Shown: positions 9,135 to 18,842 of the stretch, one piece after another | Layout: each line of letters begins with the position of its first letter | How positions within the stretch are numbered: position 1 is the stretch's first letter | Assembly (NCBI GenBank): GCA_023245035.1 | Contig: JAHFLD010000002.1 | Location: 67,297-131,296 of the forward strand | DNA from: Candidatus Harrisonbacteria bacterium | Lineage (GTDB): Bacteria > Patescibacteriota > Minisyncoccia > UBA6257 > 1-14-0-10-40-38 | Direction: 5' to 3' | Length of the DNA: 64,000 nucleotides | Position numbers and translations under genes: made by a program | Notes under the pieces: generated by a model | Seen by the model: only the letters and a program-made list of their open reading frames with translations | Database searches by the model: none | What the model was told of the DNA's origin: nothing

Positions 9135-9773
9135 GCTCGGAGATGGGGAGACTTTGGGAGATCTGTTGGAAAACTATGATTTCGATGTTTTCTCGTTTCC
9201 GGGCGTACTTTGAAAACCAAATTAGGGCGGGATAGAACTTAGATTAGCTTGTTTTTTAAAGACTAATATGCAGGTGTTCCTTCTCGCTCTTCCCGAGGCG
9301 GTACTTTCGCCAAATTGTTTCTTCGGAGACTAGTGTCAGAATGTGCCGTCTTGGGATTCTTACTTGTGGAGCGCACTACGATCGATTTGTTTTTCCTCCT
9401 AGGAGGAGAGACTTAGCGTGTGATGTGCGCTCCGCTTATTCCGCACTGCGGTGCTGTGGCTGGTATTAGAGGTGGTGGAGACTTGGGTGAGAGTGTTTTT
9501 TTCTAGAACTATCGTTCCGCTGTTTTCACCACCTCTTCAAATTCCTGGAGTGCCGGAAGACTTGGAATCGGTTGTTTTCAAGAGAAACTTCTCTGGTGCT
9601 GTTTTTCGGCATTCCAGCTTCTTACTCTGAACGTCGGGAGACGATTTTGCGAGTGTTCTTTTGGGACTAAATTTGAAGTGTTTTCCGACGTTCAGCTTCT
9701 TACCTTGGGCGCGGGGAGACTTCTATAAGGTTGTCCTTGTAGGACTATCACGAACGTGTTTTCCCGCGCTCGA
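9135..9773 (+). ncRNA. TIGR-like stem-loop guide RNA array, 8 units
   Basis: Units 9135-9204, 9224-9290, 9291-9356, 9366-9435, 9468-9536, 9545-9617, 9627-9695, 9705-9773. Each is outer stem-AC(T/G)W-N9-TGT-inner hairpin-ACTW-N9-TGT-outer stem. Stem sequences differ but pair, with G-U wobbles. Confidence 0.88.
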
Positions 9774-9811
9774 TCTTAAATGTTCCTTCGGGAACGAAAG
9801 CGAGGTTTGCG

Positions 9812-11041
9812 ATGCGTTTGATTGGCGTGCGACATCGAGTCAAGCAGACTGCCAAGGGCGAGGCGCGGCCGACGATGGTGGCCATCAAGGATGGCGACCA
9901 CTTGGTTACGCATGAGCTTGCCGACGATCAGGCGGAGTTGGACTTTTTGCTCCACCTCTTTCCGATCGCCTGGCGACCGGCTGAGGAGGGCGATAATCCC
10001 TCTTCTTACCAAGCGCGACACTGCAAGTGGACGAAGGACGAGGTGAGTGGGGCGCAGGTTCTGGCAAAGGTTCCGGTTGAGTTTGAAGGGTTGCACCGCG
10101 ATGATGTTGTGCTGATGTCGCTTGGCGGATCCGGCGACCGTTTTGCCGCCGCTCTTTCTCGCAGAGGCGAGGAGGTTGGGGCCAAGGTTTGTCGCGTTCC
10201 GTCGTTTCATCTGAAGGATTTGCGAGGTGAGGCCGTCAAGGAAGATGATCACCTGAATCTGATTCGAATCTTTGAGGCAAGTGCCGATGTTTTCCGCGAG
10301 ATGACGCCACGCGATCGGGCGCTCATCCGAGTGCGCGAGGCTTATTTTGCCAGACAAGAGGCTCAACGAGCGCGAATCGGGTGCGAGCAGAGATTGCGTC
10401 AGCAGTTCATTGGCAAGATCTTTCTTTCGGAAGAAGGTCGCTATCCCGAAGGTGAAGTTGAGGCGCTCTTTGACGAAGCCAAGGCAAACGACAAGGTTTT
10501 TCAGGGTCTGCTTACGGAAGAGAGGCAACGCGATCGCGATCTGAAGAAGGTTGTGCACGCGCTTCCGGTTTGGAAGATTTTTGAAGATATCGAAGGCGCC
10601 GGAGAAACCATCGCCGCTGGTATCGTGTCGGTGATTGGGGATATTCGCCGTTTTGCTAATAAGAAGAAGCTCAAGGCTTTCTGCGGGGCGCATGTGATGT
10701 CTGACGGAAGGATGCCCCGCCGTCGAGCCGGTCAAGTTGCCAACTGGGTTCCGAATGCGCGACAGGCGCTTCACTTGCTGACCGATCAGTTCAATCGGCG
10801 CCCCGATAGCGTGTGGGGTCAGAAGTTGCGCGAATACAAGGTGAAGCTTCGCGAGAGGCATCCGGAGCCGATTCTGGTTCCCTCCGATCCGACTGATCCG
10901 AAGTCCAAAATGGTGAAGCGTTACACCAATGGCCATATCCACAAGATGGCGTTACGGCGTACCGCGACCAAGTTTGTGGAGTGGCTCTACCGCGAGTGGA
11001 CGAAGCTCGAGACCGAGGTGCCCGCGCCGGTTCTGAATTAG
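9812..11041 (+). CDS. Tas-like (IS110/Nop-domain) RNA-guided protein with degenerate RuvC-like N-terminal domain
   Basis: Coiled coil, IEGAGETIAAGIVSVIGDIRRF..KKLKAFCG, RRRAGQ, GHIHKMALRR..KFVEWLYREW; GAGG SD; directly downstream of array. Confidence 0.82.
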   Translation: MRLIGVRHRVKQTAKGEARPTMVAIKDGDHLVTHELADDQAELDFLLHLFPIAWRPAEEGDNPSSYQARHCKWTKDEVSGAQVLAKVPVEFEGLHRDDVVLMSLGGSGDRFAAALSRRGEEVGAKVCRVPSFHLKDLRGEAVKEDDHLNLIRIFEASADVFREMTPRDRALIRVREAYFARQEAQRARIGCEQRLRQQFIGKIFLSEEGRYPEGEVEALFDEAKANDKVFQGLLTEERQRDRDLKKVVHALPVWKIFEDIEGAGETIAAGIVSVIGDIRRFANKKKLKAFCGAHVMSDGRMPRRRAGQVANWVPNARQALHLLTDQFNRRPDSVWGQKLREYKVKLRERHPEPILVPSDPTDPKSKMVKRYTNGHIHKMALRRTATKFVEWLYREWTKLETEVPAPVLN

Positions 11042-11064
11042 CTCAAGTTTGAAGTGAAAGTTCT

Positions 11065-11104
11065 TGGCCTTGTATTACCTTCGGGTAGTGCGAGGCCATT
11101 TTTA
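11065..11104 (+). terminator. Intrinsic terminator closing array + Tas unit
   Basis: TGGCCTTGTATTACC-TTCG-GGTAGTGCGAGGCCA + T6. Confidence 0.85.
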
Positions 11105-11127
11105 TAATCTAGAACCTCAAAATCTGA

Positions 11128-11270
11128 CACATTTCTGCCTACGGCAGACAGGTCTTTGTTGCGGGCTGCGGTGCTCAACGCAGTACTTGTCTAAGTACAG
11201 CTTATTCCGCGCCTCGCTCGCGCCTCAAACTGCCTGCCCGAACGACTACGTTCAGTCGGGCGGGCGCTCA
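11128..11270. repeat. Intergenic palindromic repeat family A
   Basis: GCAGTACTT-GTCT-AAGTACAGC 11180-11201; colinear with 6800-6930. Confidence 0.8.
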
Positions 11271-11317
11271 AATCCGTAGGTTTAAAATGGGATTAAGAAA
11301 CGCACGGGCAAAAAAAG

Positions 11318-11345
11318 TTGACATTGGCTTTTTTTTGGCTATAAT
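11318..11345 (+). promoter_or_regulatory. Sigma70 promoter of groES-groEL
   Basis: TTGACA-16 nt-TATAAT. Confidence 0.8.
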
Positions 11346-11431
11346 CAGACCTCTAGAAGGTGCCTTAATTTAAATAGTGTCGGAGGCGCTTTCGTGATTT
11401 ATTTACAAGGTCAAAAAATAAAAGCAAAAAT

Positions 11432-11722
11432 ATGAATTTTAAACCACTGGCTCATCGGGTTTTTTTGGAGCCGATGACTGACGATAAAACCACCAAATCG
11501 GGAATTGTGATTCCGGATACCGCCGAGAAAGAACGGCCGATGAAGGGCAAAGTTCTCGCGACCGGTCCGGGAAAGCTTAGCGAAAGGGGCGAGCGAATTC
11601 CAATGTCGGTGAAAGTCGGCGATGTTGTTCTGTTTAAAAAATACGGTCCGGATGAGATTGAAATAGATCGAAAGAAATATTTGGTGTGCGAGGAGGATGA
11701 CATTTTGGCGGTCATTGAGTAG
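11432..11722 (+). CDS. groES: Co-chaperonin GroES
   Basis: KPLAHRV, TKSGIVIPDTAEKERP, VKVGDVVLF, EDDILAV. Confidence 0.98.
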   Translation: MNFKPLAHRVFLEPMTDDKTTKSGIVIPDTAEKERPMKGKVLATGPGKLSERGERIPMSVKVGDVVLFKKYGPDEIEIDRKKYLVCEEDDILAVIE

Positions 11723-11786
11723 ACCGGCGCAAATCAAATCAAGGCGAATGATGGGAGGCGTTTATTCTTCTATTAGTAAAAATTAG

Positions 11787-13454
<1,668 letters not shown>

Positions 13455-13469
13455 TTTTTTCAGCTGGTC

Positions 13470-13640
13470 TTTTTGAGATATTTCTTTGTCGTGCGCTCCG
13501 TTGCTCTTTCGTTGTACTAAGTAAGTACAGCTCAATCGCTACTCGCGCACTCCTCGAGCTATCTCAAAAATCCTGCGCTGATGGAGTCTTGCATCGTTTT
13601 CTCGACCACGCCTAGCACTGCTTAAAAAATTCTGCGCTGG
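13470..13640. repeat. Intergenic palindromic repeat family A
   Basis: GTTGTACT-AAGTA-AGTACAGC 13511-13531 within TTTTGAGATA...TATCTCAAAA IR; tail shared with 1695-1770. Confidence 0.75.
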
Positions 13641-13709
13641 GGAGGTCTCGTCAGCAAAGAAGTTGATTAAGTTAGGGAAAAGTGGCTTTTTGTGCTATTC
13701 TTTGGGTAT

Positions 13710-14267
13710 ATGTCATTACTTAATGTAGTGTTGGTTGTCTTGGGGATCGTTCTTTTATGGGTGGTGACCGTGTATAACGGTTTTATTCGCTCGCGCTTTC
13801 GGATTCGGGAGGCCTTGTCGGATATTGACGTGCAGACCAAGCGTCGGTACGACTTGATTCCGAACTTAATGGAAACGGTCAAGGGTTATATGGCGCACGA
13901 AAAAGGAGTGCTGGAGAGCGTGACCTCTGCTCGTACGGCGGTTATGGGCGCCGGTGGAAATCCGCTCGAAAAGGCCAAGGCCGAAAATGCCTTGTCGGGA
14001 ACTTTAAAGACCTTGTTCGCGGTGGCGGAGAATTATCCGGAGCTAAAAGCCAATACCAATTTTTTGTCTTTTCAGACCGAGTTGTCGGACACCGAAAACA
14101 AGATTCAGGCGGCGCGCCGGTTTTATAACGACACGGTGCAGGACATGAATACCAAGGTTCATTCATTTCCCGGCAACGTCATCGCCGGCGTGTTTGGTTT
14201 TCATGAGGAGAAATTTTTTGAGGTTATCTCCGCAGGCGAGAAGGAAGTTGTTAATGTAAAATTTTAA
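13710..14267 (+). CDS. lemA: LemA family protein
   Basis: DVQTKRRYDLIPNL, VAENYPELKAN, ENKIQAARRFYN. Confidence 0.95.
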   Translation: MSLLNVVLVVLGIVLLWVVTVYNGFIRSRFRIREALSDIDVQTKRRYDLIPNLMETVKGYMAHEKGVLESVTSARTAVMGAGGNPLEKAKAENALSGTLKTLFAVAENYPELKANTNFLSFQTELSDTENKIQAARRFYNDTVQDMNTKVHSFPGNVIAGVFGFHEEKFFEVISAGEKEVVNVKF

Positions 14268-14286
14268 CATGGTTTAGTATAAAATA

Positions 14287-14511
14287 ATGAAAATTATCCA
14301 TACAACTCTGCTAGTTTTCTTTTCAGCCGTTTTTATTTTTAGTTTTTACTGGTTTTCATATAGGGAAGGCATTATTAGAGAGGAGTGTGTACAATTTGCA
14401 AAAACTAGCATAAGTGAACTTAATAACCCCAAAATAGATTCACGAGAAGGTATAGATATTTTTGAATTTTTTTATCAAAACTGTTTAAGAAAAAATGGCC
14501 TGGAAAAATAA
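14287..14511 (+). CDS. Hypothetical small membrane/secreted protein (AT-rich)
   Basis: 74 aa, N-terminal TM, two Cys. Confidence 0.6.
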   Translation: MKIIHTTLLVFFSAVFIFSFYWFSYREGIIREECVQFAKTSISELNNPKIDSREGIDIFEFFYQNCLRKNGLEK

Positions 14512-14686
14512 TCCTGAGTCTTTGCGAAGTCTAGATAGACTAAAGTCTAGTTGTTGCAAAGAGTCTGTTGTCGTAAAAGAAAAGGATCAAACAAATCTTC
14601 GCATAAGATATGTATGTTCTAGGTGTGACAAATCATTTTTCATTGATTCTTCTAACGACACAGATAGTTTCGCTTTTAATGGTTAA
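14495..14686 (+). CDS. Hypothetical small Cys-rich protein
   Basis: SCC...CSRC possible zinc ribbon. Confidence 0.4.
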   Translation: MAWKNNPESLRSLDRLKSSCCKESVVVKEKDQTNLRIRYVCSRCDKSFFIDSSNDTDSFAFNG

Positions 14687-14719
14687 TTTTAAAGAGGCGG
14701 TGACTTTTACTTTCATTTA

Positions 14720-15646
14720 ATGTCTTCTTTATATGAAAATAAGGATAGAAACGTCCGGAAAACGTGGCTGATTTTTGCCATTTTTTTGGCGGTGGTTATT
14801 GGCATTGGTTGGGTTTTTTCGCGGGCTTACGGAAATCCGGCGATTCTTTATTTTGCCGTTATATTTAGCGTGGTGATGAACGTGACGGCGTACTGGCATT
14901 CAGACAAACTTGCTTTGCGAATGGCCAAGGCGGATCCGGTTAAGAGAGAGGACGCGCGGGAACTTTATAACATCGTGGAGAATCTTTGCATTACGGCCGG
15001 GTTGCCGGTGCCGAAAATTTATTTAATGCAGGAGCCGGTGCCGAATGCTTTTGCGACCGGCAGGAATCCGGAGCACGCCGCGCTTGCGGTTACAAGCGGA
15101 CTTTTGGAACGGCTTAATCGCGCCGAACTTGAGGGTGTGATTGCTCACGAGCTGTCGCATATCGACAATCGAGACATGCTGGTTTCGACCATGGTTATTG
15201 TGTTGGTTGGTTTTATTTCTATTCTTTCCGATTTGTTTATGAGATCGCTGTGGTTTACCCCGAGCGGCGTTGAGGGGTTTGGCGGATCTAGACGGCGAAG
15301 CAACAATGATTCCGGCGGCGGGCTTATTATGTTTTTGGCTTTGGCGGCCATGATTCTGGCGCCGATTGCCGCGGTTTTAATGCAGTTGGCTATTTCGCGG
15401 CGACGGGAATTTTTGGCGGATGCTTCGGGGGCGCTTTTGACCCGTTATCCCGAGGGATTGGCAAGCGCTCTCCAGAAAATTTCTCAGGATCCGCGGCCGA
15501 TGCGGGCGGCGACCAACACCAATGCTCACCTGTGGTTTGATGATCCGTTTGACGGCAAACAGCGCAAGCCGTGGCTCTATAAACTTTTTATGACTCACCC
15601 GCCGGTTGAGGAGAGGATTAAGGCCTTGCGGGGAATGGAAATTTAA
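14720..15646 (+). CDS. htpX: Zinc metalloprotease HtpX (M48)
   Basis: PNAFATGRNP, AHELSH, SRRREFLAD, THPP. Confidence 0.96.
   Translation: MSSLYENKDRNVRKTWLIFAIFLAVVIGIGWVFSRAYGNPAILYFAVIFSVVMNVTAYWHSDKLALRMAKADPVKREDARELYNIVENLCITAGLPVPKIYLMQEPVPNAFATGRNPEHAALAVTSGLLERLNRAELEGVIAHELSHIDNRDMLVSTMVIVLVGFISILSDLFMRSLWFTPSGVEGFGGSRRRSNNDSGGGLIMFLALAAMILAPIAAVLMQLAISRRREFLADASGALLTRYPEGLASALQKISQDPRPMRAATNTNAHLWFDDPFDGKQRKPWLYKLFMTHPPVEERIKALRGMEI
15257..15277. repeat. Short palindromic element inserted in-frame in htpX
   Basis: ACCCCGAGCGGCGTTGAGGGG, 18/21 identical to 19661-19681, flanked by TTT/TTT. Confidence 0.7.
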
Positions 15647-15689
15647 AGTTTATCTTTACCATTTTATCTAAAACCTTTACCCTATAAGT

Positions 15690-16346
15690 ATGCCTCGCAA
15701 AAAAGCCGTACCCGAAGGTTTGCCCGATTTTACCGATGCCTTCCAAGACTTGCCGGCGAAGCCTTTGCCGGTTAGCGACCAGCCGGTGGTTACGCTCACG
15801 GATAAGTTTCTTAAGGTTTTTTTTCTGTGGATGTTTCCGCTGAAGGTGGTGCCGAATCATTTGACCATCGCGCGTTTTTTTATGACGCCATTTGTGCTGT
15901 TTTTGCTTTACACCCAGCATTACGCGATTGGGATTCCGCTTTTTATCATCGCCGCTTTTACCGACGCCTTGGATGGCGCTTTGGCGAGGACGCGCAATCA
16001 AGTAACCGAATGGGGCAAGGTTTACGATCCGATGGCCGACAAGCTTTTGATCGGGCTCACCGCGCTCGTCATCGTTCCTCGATATCTGGGTTTTGACATC
16101 ACTTTTTTTATTATCTTTATTGAAATGGTTTTGATCGGCACGGCGTATTATTTAAAAAATAACAGCAATCGTGAAATCAGCGCCAACCGATGGGGAAAAT
16201 TAAAAATGATTCTGCAGTCGGTTGGGTTGAGCTTATTGTTGCTCTATGCCGTAACCGGCATTCCATTTTTGCTCACCGCGGCGGAGATTGTTTTGTATCT
16301 AGGCATTCTTTTCGCGCTGGTCAGCTTGGTGACCTATGGAATTTAA
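15690..16346 (+). CDS. CDP-alcohol phosphatidyltransferase (PgsA-like)
   Basis: PNHLTIAR, TDALDGALAR...G...DPMADK. Confidence 0.9.
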   Translation: MPRKKAVPEGLPDFTDAFQDLPAKPLPVSDQPVVTLTDKFLKVFFLWMFPLKVVPNHLTIARFFMTPFVLFLLYTQHYAIGIPLFIIAAFTDALDGALARTRNQVTEWGKVYDPMADKLLIGLTALVIVPRYLGFDITFFIIFIEMVLIGTAYYLKNNSNREISANRWGKLKMILQSVGLSLLLLYAVTGIPFLLTAAEIVLYLGILFALVSLVTYGI

Positions 16347-16455
16347 ACCAGCGGGTTTATTTTGAGTTGAAAGTTTAGCCCCCAGCAGTTAGAGTGAGGT
16401 GGTCACAAGATAGCGGAGACGTTGTATTGTATTTTCGGTCTCGTCGGCCAACGAA

Positions 16456-16540
16456 GGAGGTGTCGCATAGTGGTCTAGTGCACCATCTTGGAAAGATGGC
16501 ATGCCGCAAGGCATCAGAGGTTCGAATCCTCTCACCTCCG
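16456..16540 (+). tRNA. tRNA-Ser(GGA)
   Basis: GGAGGTG/CACCTCC stem, CCATC-TTGGAAA-GATGG anticodon arm, long variable arm, GGTTCGAATCC; followed by CCG, not CCA. Confidence 0.95.
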
Positions 16541-16611
16541 CCGTAGCAAAAATTGATACTCCTTGCGGGTATCAATTTTTGATATAGTGATGTGAAGGAT
16601 TCGAACTATTT

Positions 16612-17118
16612 ATGAAAATAAATGTAAAAGGCAAAACTCTATATCACGGATCAACTAGAGCTGGAATAAAAGTCCTTATGCCTTTTCCGCATAATGCCAT
16701 TGACGGCGAATTTGTCGTTTTCGCTACTTCCGATAGAAGGTTTGCTTTGGCGATGATCCATGGAACTGGGAATGAACTTGCTGTTGGTTATTTTGTAGAC
16801 CAAGAGACACATAAAGAAGAAATGTATATTGATGAATTACAAGAAGGTAAACTCGCGCTTCTCAATGCGCCTGGTATCTTATATGAAGTCGCGGGGGATA
16901 ATTTTATTTCTGACCCTCGTCTGAGTCATGTTGAATTTGTCTCGAAAATTGAAAACCCGGTTATAAAAGAAATCCATGTGGAGAATATTTTAGAGGAGCT
17001 TAAGAAAGATGCCTCACTGACCCTAGTTCCATATGAGAAAGTTCTAGAAGCAATGAAAAAGCGTGGCAAGAATCCAGCAGAACCGAAAATTAAATACGAA
17101 GCAAATCGCTTCGGATAG
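16612..17118 (+). CDS. Hypothetical protein (LYHGS motif)
   Basis: 168 aa; LYHGS...VFAT pattern reminiscent of ART-like folds. Confidence 0.7.
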   Translation: MKINVKGKTLYHGSTRAGIKVLMPFPHNAIDGEFVVFATSDRRFALAMIHGTGNELAVGYFVDQETHKEEMYIDELQEGKLALLNAPGILYEVAGDNFISDPRLSHVEFVSKIENPVIKEIHVENILEELKKDASLTLVPYEKVLEAMKKRGKNPAEPKIKYEANRFG

Positions 17119-17196
17119 AATTTACTATCATTTAGTAGCTCGGCTTCGGCGCAAAACGTTCTAAATAGAAAATCTAAAGTGAGAAAATAATTTTTT

Positions 17197-17511
17197 ATGG
17201 CCAATTTTCTTGCGCATAAAACTTTAAACAGGCGAAGAAGAGAAGCGGTTCCACTAAATACCAAAATGATCGCCGGTGGCGTGGCTCACAAAATGCCGGC
17301 GGATTTACAAAAGGCTATATTGTCTAATTCTAAAATGTTGGCGGTCTGGGAAGATATTACACCGCTCGCGCGCAATGAGTGGATTTGTTGGATTCTATCC
17401 GCGAAGAAAAAAGAAACTAGAGAACGCCGGATTGAGGTGGGGCGTTCAAAACTTGCTTCCGGTATGCGCCGACCTTGTTGTTGGGCCGGCTGTGTTCATC
17501 GCTCTAAATAA
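17197..17511 (+). CDS. YdeI/OmpD-associated family protein
   Basis: PADLQKA...TPLARNEWICWI.SAKK.ETR.RR...RRPCCWAGC; start uncertain. Confidence 0.8.
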   Translation: MANFLAHKTLNRRRREAVPLNTKMIAGGVAHKMPADLQKAILSNSKMLAVWEDITPLARNEWICWILSAKKKETRERRIEVGRSKLASGMRRPCCWAGCVHRSK

Positions 17512-17585
17512 TCGGAATTGGCCTGTCGGCAGGAGTTTTTTTTGGGGAGTTTTAATGGTCGATTTGCTATACTGTTTTTGATAAT

Positions 17586-18809
17586 ATGGAATTTCTTTCA
17601 CTCATTAAATTTATATTGGTTCAAGTTTTTGGCCTGGTAATTTCTATTTTGGCCTTTGGGTTTTTTACTTTCTGGATTATTCGCAAGTTCCATTCGTGGA
17701 AGATCGCCGCTATTTTTTCGGTGATTCTTGTCGGAATATCTTTTTTTGCCTTCATACCATATGCCCTTCCGGAGCGATTGGAGTATCCCTTCTTCTTGAG
17801 GACATTCGGACCGGCGGATGGACCCGGCCTCCCCTTTAAGAACATTTTAAAATTCTTTGCGAAATCGGGAAGTGTGGAGCGAATCGCCTCTATCGTTCGC
17901 GACCCCAACGATATTCCAACTCCGATTAATAGAAATCATCCAGAAAACATAAAAATAGAATTGGAGACCAAAGAGGTTATTGCTGAAATGGCGCCCGGCA
18001 TATCTTTTAACTATTGGACATTTAACGGCACAGTGCCGGGGCCATTCATTCGCGTTCGCGAGGGCGACACGATTGAGCTGACTTTAAAAAATAATCCATC
18101 CAGCATTAATCATCACAATATAGATCTTCACGCGGTTACCGGTCCTGGCGGGGGAGCGGTACTTACCAATGTCGCGCCCGGAGAATCTAAGACGATGACT
18201 TTTAAGGCTCTGAATCCCGGTTTGTATGTTTACCATTGCGCCCATCCCAACGTAGCCACCCACGACGCTCATGGGATGTATGGTTTGATTTTGGTTGAAC
18301 CGAAAGAAGGCCTGCCCAAAGTAGATCGAGAATTTTACGTAATGCAAGGAGAATTTTATAGTACCGGTGGTTTGGGTAAAAAGGGTTTGCAAATTTTTGA
18401 TGCCCAAAAAATGCTGGATGGCCATCCAGAATATATTGTTTTCAATGGCAAGACCAAGGGGTTGGTTGGCAACATGAAAGCGAATGTCGGCGAATCCGTA
18501 AGAATTTTTATCGGCAATGGTGGGGTCAATCTTATTTCATCGTTCCACGTCATCGGCGAAATTTTTGATACGGTTTACCCCGAAGCTTCAATTGGAGGCG
18601 CTTTGTTTAAAAATGTTCAAACTACCTTGGTGCCGGCGGGCGGAGCGGCGATAACTGATTTTAAGCTAGAGGTACCGGGGAAATATATTCTTGTAGATCA
18701 CGCTCTTTCCAGATTGGATCGTGGCGCGTGGGGAGTAATTGAGGTGGCTGGAGACAAGAACCCGACGGTGTTCGATGGCGATACGGAGGGCGGTCAACAT
18801 GGACATTAA
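17586..18809 (+). CDS. nirK: Copper-containing nitrite reductase with N-terminal TM helices
   Basis: HNIDLHA, YVYHCA, H..HGMYG, SSFHVIGEIFD, LVDH copper and catalytic motifs. Confidence 0.93.
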   Translation: MEFLSLIKFILVQVFGLVISILAFGFFTFWIIRKFHSWKIAAIFSVILVGISFFAFIPYALPERLEYPFFLRTFGPADGPGLPFKNILKFFAKSGSVERIASIVRDPNDIPTPINRNHPENIKIELETKEVIAEMAPGISFNYWTFNGTVPGPFIRVREGDTIELTLKNNPSSINHHNIDLHAVTGPGGGAVLTNVAPGESKTMTFKALNPGLYVYHCAHPNVATHDAHGMYGLILVEPKEGLPKVDREFYVMQGEFYSTGGLGKKGLQIFDAQKMLDGHPEYIVFNGKTKGLVGNMKANVGESVRIFIGNGGVNLISSFHVIGEIFDTVYPEASIGGALFKNVQTTLVPAGGAAITDFKLEVPGKYILVDHALSRLDRGAWGVIEVAGDKNPTVFDGDTEGGQHGH

Positions 18810-18842
18810 ACCTACTGCCCGATAACTCTTCTGAATCATTTT

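Noticed and set aside
9535-9543. Linker CTTCAAATT is complementary to unit 7 spacer B
   Set aside because: The adjacent 9 nt do not match spacer A; AT-rich and plausible by chance.
9135-9773. CRISPR array
   Set aside because: No identical direct repeats, variable segments are only 9 nt, and there are no cas genes in the window.
9776-10942. 388-aa antisense ORF overlapping the Tas-like gene
   Set aside because: Shadow frame with no motifs; the + strand has the promoter, SD, domain motifs and terminator.
9812-11041. Ordinary active IS110 transposase with a bridge RNA
   Set aside because: DEDD residues and serine loop are not recognisable; there are eight equivalent single-loop units rather than one target/donor pair; no element ends were seen.
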